Of a stretch of DNA of 64,000 bases, positions 59,856 to 64,000 are shown in pieces. Within the stretch, counting starts at the first letter, position 1. Every line of letters starts with the position of its first letter. The position numbers and the translations under genes are program-made. This DNA is from an uncultured virus (IMG/VR IMGVR_UViG_3300047539_000012) (Duplodnaviria; Heunggongvirae; Uroviricota; Caudoviricetes), in IMG/VR virus record IMGVR_UViG_3300047539_000012; one strand, written 5' to 3'. Under the pieces are notes generated by a model. It had not been told where the DNA came from. It saw only the letters and a program-made list of their open reading frames with translations, and did not search any database.

Positions 59856-61996
59856 TGCCCCCTCTTAAAGACGTTCTCACGAAGGGTCTTCCTAAAGGAT
59901 ACGTTCCTATGGAAGAACCGAATCCGCCAGCAGTGCAGTCTAACGACCAAGCGCAGCAGGCCAGTTCGGTGATGCGATGTCCGATACCTGCGACCAATGC
60001 AGACGCCGATTCGATCCGCATGGCTCAGAAGGGTCACTCATCTCCACAGTTCAGGATTCTTCCGTTGCCCCCACAGTCCGGTGGGTCAACCGTTATTAAG
60101 ACGGGCGGCGGGATATCGGCAGCGAGTGGTAGCAGTAGTAGCGGGGTCTCAGCAGCGGTAACGGCGGCAATTTCAGCGGCAATAGCCCCGGCAATAGCAG
60201 CGGCAGCGGCAGCCGCAGTCGTGACTCCACAGACGATCCTAGTAACCGTGAATGTCCCTGCAAACTCAGCCATAACTACGACGGCAACGGCGTCTCATTC
60301 GTTCCAGTTAATCTCGATATCGACCAATCAGCCGTGTGATGTTCGATTGTACGGAAGTCAAGCGGCACAGTCCGGGGATACCATACGACAAGTCGATGCT
60401 CCCGTGCCCGCCGAACTAACTCAGGGAATCATTATCGACGTCGATTTTGACACAACCCCGTACTTCTGGAACACACAGAATATAGTCGGGGTTAACTCAG
60501 ACTCGCCCAACACCAAGAACCTTTATGTCTCGGTGTTTAACTCGTCGTCAACCCCGCTGTCAAATGTGACAGTCTATATCACATATTTTCCTCTGGAACC
60601 GTAAGGAGAACTGATGGCAAACCGACAGGTGTACCCCAGTTCACTGTTCCCCTTGCGAGGGGACATATCGGCAGAAGCTGGGGCAACGACAGTAACAGTC
60701 ACAGGACTTCAGGGTATCCCCATCATAAGCCCCCCGGTTGAACCCGTGGGCGGCGATACCCTCTTTTACGATGACTACAACAACGACTGGTACTACGCCT
60801 CACCGTGGAGTCTTCCAGTCGGCACAGTTCTTGAGTGGGAGGGTTACGGATACTCCCCCGCAGGTATTTCGTGGCTCGCCCCTGACACTCTTGCGGTAGG
60901 CAACGGAACGCCGGGAGATGTTTCGGGCGCGGTTGCGATGACTGGGCTCGTCCTATTCGGCCCGTCAACCTATGGGGCTCCCTATGGCTACGATTACGAC
61001 ACGGAGTACGGCCCCGCGTACGATCAGTACTATACCACGTTCTATTCTGGGGCAACCCAAGACTGGTCACTCACATTCCCCGCTGGCCCGGGTACTTCAG
61101 GTCAGGTTCTAACGACCAACGGCAGCGGAGTCACATACTGGTCAAGCGTATTGAGCGGCAGCGGTCTCACCGTATACGCCAGTAACGCGCTCGCAATCGC
61201 GGGCGGTCTGACGGCAGGAGACTTCTACCGCACGGGAGCAGACCCCGATGTAGTCTGCGTGGTGCACTAATATGGCGATCAAGAAACTATTCATGTATCT
61301 CTTCGGTTCGATTCTCAACAAAATCCTTGAGGAGTTTCGGGCCGATGTCCGTAAGGAACTCGCCAAGGAAGTCGATACTCTTAGAATAGAGGCCGCTGAA
61401 AAGTCCTTGGTGCTCCGCAGGGACATGGCTCTGGAGATGAACCGCGTCGGGCTCGCTATGATGGCGACGAACCATCAGGTCATGCTACTCAAGGGTGACA
61501 TGACTGTGGTGAAGACCACGCACAACCAGATTCTTGAAGTGGCAAGGAAGTTGACGGAGATGGCCCCCATTCCCGAGAAGCGAGCGCCCGGGCAAGTAGA
61601 CTGGCAGCCCGACCCTCGGCACTTCGGAAACAAGATTGAGTTTACGACATAAGAAAGGACACCCCCATGCCGACTGGGCTGAACCGCACGGATTTGAACG
61701 TCACGGGGATCGACTATCTTCACGGATTCAAGATCACCTATCTGCCGATAGCAGGCATCGCCCAGCCGGGAAATGAAATTGATTATCTCCCTGTTGACGG
61801 ATACGCATTCCCGGGGAACCTCGTCACGTGGCTGCCCACCCCGACACACTTCGGCAACCCGGTAACTTGGGCAACACCCAACCCCGCCCACTTCGGCAAC
61901 ATCTTCGGCGGGCTCGTCGGCGGTAATCTTCTGCAAGAAGACGGAGTCAGTCTGTTCCTGTTGGAAAACGACCTCGGCTGGATCATTCTGGAGTAA
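59855..61996 (+). other. tail-associated and hypothetical genes (59855-60604, 60614-61270, 61272-61652, 61667-61996)
   Basis: co-oriented; GD.....A.TV.GLQG and FP...G..GQVL.T.GSG...W fibre motifs. Confidence 0.6.
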
Positions 61997-61999
61997 ATC

Positions 62000-64000
62000 A
62001 TGGCAAACGAAAAAATTAGTCAACTTACGAACGGGAACCCCGCACAGTCGGGCGACCTCATTCCGATAGATCGTACGGGCGCGAACTTCAGCATTTCAGC
62101 GGGCAGCATCGCCGCCCTCGCCTCGTCGTCGGGTGTCACCAGCGTGTCGTTGGGAGCGCCTACTGGCTTTACCATAACAGGCAGTCCAGTCACCAGTAGC
62201 GGTACCTTGGCCTTTGTTATGCCCACTGGCTGGGCGACAGGTGCATTGTTGCTGGGGACCGGAGCAGCCTCAGTTGCATCTCTTGGTATTGGCGCAACTG
62301 GGAACGTTCTGACTGTAAGCGGCGGCACCGCTATATGGGCGGCACCAGCTACGTCGGGAACCGTAACAACTGTCGGATTCACAGGTGGACTAATCTCCGT
62401 AGCAAATCAAACGACTACCCCAGCATTGACTGTGGCCGGTACGAGCGGCGGCATCGTATATTTCTCCAGCGCAAGTACGTGGGCGTCGTCAGCAGTATTA
62501 CCTGCTGGGGATTTTGTTCTAGGTGGAGGCGCAGGAGCCGCCCCTACAGCTACGTTCTCTATTGTGCCTATAGCCAATGGGGGCACAGGTACAGGCAGCA
62601 CACTTGTAGGATTAGTGCGAGGAAGCGCATTGGCATTCACCGCCGCTGAAATCAGTGGTGATGCTACGACTTCTGGGTCCAATGCATTGACCTTGGCTAC
62701 AGTTAATAGCAACGTGGGTTCGTTTACTTATGCCAGCATCACCGTCAACGCTAAGGGGCTAATCACAGCCGCAGCAAGCGGTGCTGCCCCTACCGGAACC
62801 GTAACAACTGTCGGATTCACAGGTGGACTAATCTCTGTCGCAAATCAAACGACTACACCCGCACTTACAGTCGCGGGTACGAGCGGTGGGATAGTTTACT
62901 TCTCTTCAGCATCCACATGGGCTTCCTCGGCATTGCTTGCAGCAGGCGGGGTAGTACTTGGTGGAGGTGCAGGAACCGCACCAGCTACAAACACACAACT
63001 CGTATTTGGAACCAGCACGTTGACCATAGGGTTAGCTGGCGCAGGCACGGGTATCTTAGCACTAGCTGGGACAACCAGCGGAATCGTTAGTATCACTAGT
63101 CAGGCTGCTGCTGGAACCTACAACTTCAACCTGCCAATTACCGTAGGCTCTGCTGGACAAGTCTTAACGTCCCAAGCTGGCGGCTCTACAGCCATGACTT
63201 GGACTACGCCCACCACGGGAACCGTAACAACTGTCGGGTTCACAGGTGGACTAATCTCCGTAGCAAATCAAACGACTACCCCAGCATTGACTGTGGCCGG
63301 TACGAGCGGTGGGATAGTTTACTTCTCTTCAGCATCCACATGGGCATCCTCGGCATTGCTTGCAGCAGGCGGGGTAGTACTTGGTGGAGGTGCAGGAACC
63401 GCCCCAGCTACAAACACACAACTGACTTTCTCGGGCGCTACGTTAACCGTAGGATTGGCCGGGACTAGCAGCGGCATTCTGGCACTGACGGGCTCCACTA
63501 GCGGCACAGCAACATTCACAGCACCATCCGTGGCTGGCACAATTACCAACCCAATGACCATAAGCAACTCATTGCAGTTGCCAAGCGGTACTGTGTATAG
63601 CATTGGGGGTGACACTGGGTTATCACGTTCATCCGCTGGCGTGTTCTTGGTGGGAAATGGTACGGCTGGAGATTCCTCTGGAGCCATCATAGCCACCACT
63701 CTTAAGTTGCCAAGCGGTCAACTTTCTGTTGGGGTAATCTCGGCAGCAATGGCGGGGGGTAGTGGTGCTGTTGGTGACTTGTCTGTTGCCCGAAGTGCTG
63801 ATACAGGGGCAATTTTCTTCGGTTCTGCGGCAACCATTGCCGCTGGTGCTGGAAGTTTCTGGTACTGGGACGGCACCTACATGAACCTTGGTCCGGGAGC
63901 CCAGCTTAGCTGTGCCGGAGGACCCGGAGTCACGGCTGGACCGTTCACTACCATTACAGGCATACGGACGTATGGCGGAATCGTAATCGCGCTTTCTGGC
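62000..64000 (+). CDS. tail fibre protein (runs off window)
   Basis: GGAG RBS, ATG 62000, MANEKISQL...; GVTSV..GSPVTSSGTL and 3x GTVTTVGFTGGLISVANQTTTPALTVAGTSGG repeats. Confidence 0.8.
   Translation, partial: MANEKISQLTNGNPAQSGDLIPIDRTGANFSISAGSIAALASSSGVTSVSLGAPTGFTITGSPVTSSGTLAFVMPTGWATGALLLGTGAASVASLGIGATGNVLTVSGGTAIWAAPATSGTVTTVGFTGGLISVANQTTTPALTVAGTSGGIVYFSSASTWASSAVLPAGDFVLGGGAGAAPTATFSIVPIANGGTGTGSTLVGLVRGSALAFTAAEISGDATTSGSNALTLATVNSNVGSFTYASITVNAKGLITAAASGAAPTGTVTTVGFTGGLISVANQTTTPALTVAGTSGGIVYFSSASTWASSALLAAGGVVLGGGAGTAPATNTQLVFGTSTLTIGLAGAGTGILALAGTTSGIVSITSQAAAGTYNFNLPITVGSAGQVLTSQAGGSTAMTWTTPTTGTVTTVGFTGGLISVANQTTTPALTVAGTSGGIVYFSSASTWASSALLAAGGVVLGGGAGTAPATNTQLTFSGATLTVGLAGTSSGILALTGSTSGTATFTAPSVAGTITNPMTISNSLQLPSGTVYSIGGDTGLSRSSAGVFLVGNGTAGDSSGAIIATTLKLPSGQLSVGVISAAMAGGSGAVGDLSVARSADTGAIFFGSAATIAAGAGSFWYWDGTYMNLGPGAQLSCAGGPGVTAGPFTTITGIRTYGGIVIALSG

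Noticed and set aside
55194..64000. Diversity-generating retroelement acting on tail genes
   Set aside because: No reverse transcriptase is in the window, and repeat differences are not adenine-specific.
1..64000. Stop-codon reassignment
   Set aside because: Core genes are intact in the standard code and end in TAA, TAG and TGA; no suppressor tRNA was seen.

Overview
The window is a large part of a dsDNA tailed-phage genome with a P22/N4-gp56-like (podovirus-type) head module. The host is probably a soil bacterium, tentatively Acidobacteriota, inferred from its membrane and secreted proteins. Bases 1-31.1 kb are minus-strand early and replication genes: many small ORFs with sigma70 promoters, a PD-(D/E)XK exonuclease, a minimal tyrosine recombinase, an AAA-ATPase/DUF1257/DUF2997 operon, a GNAT, a phosphoesterase, PolA, a Prim-Pol primase and an ori-like iteron block. 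Bases 31.2-64 kb are plus-strand late genes: a sugar dehydratase plus glycosyltransferases, a dual-specificity phosphatase, terminase, portal, scaffold, major capsid protein, decoration and adaptor proteins, and tail fibres. Highlights read directly from the sequence: (1) a circularly permuted two-piece tmRNA gene whose tag ends ...AAAAGR, within a cluster of two further structured ncRNAs and an HNH gene; (2) a C-terminal G-R-[KR]-F-R motif shared by six unrelated proteins, including an AAA+ ATPase whose Walker B block precedes Walker A; (3) a group I intron carrying an endonuclease VII-type ORF that splits the major capsid gene; (4) a capsid-decoration paralogue with an inserted DUF3494 ice-binding domain. 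Family names come from motif recognition, not from database searches.
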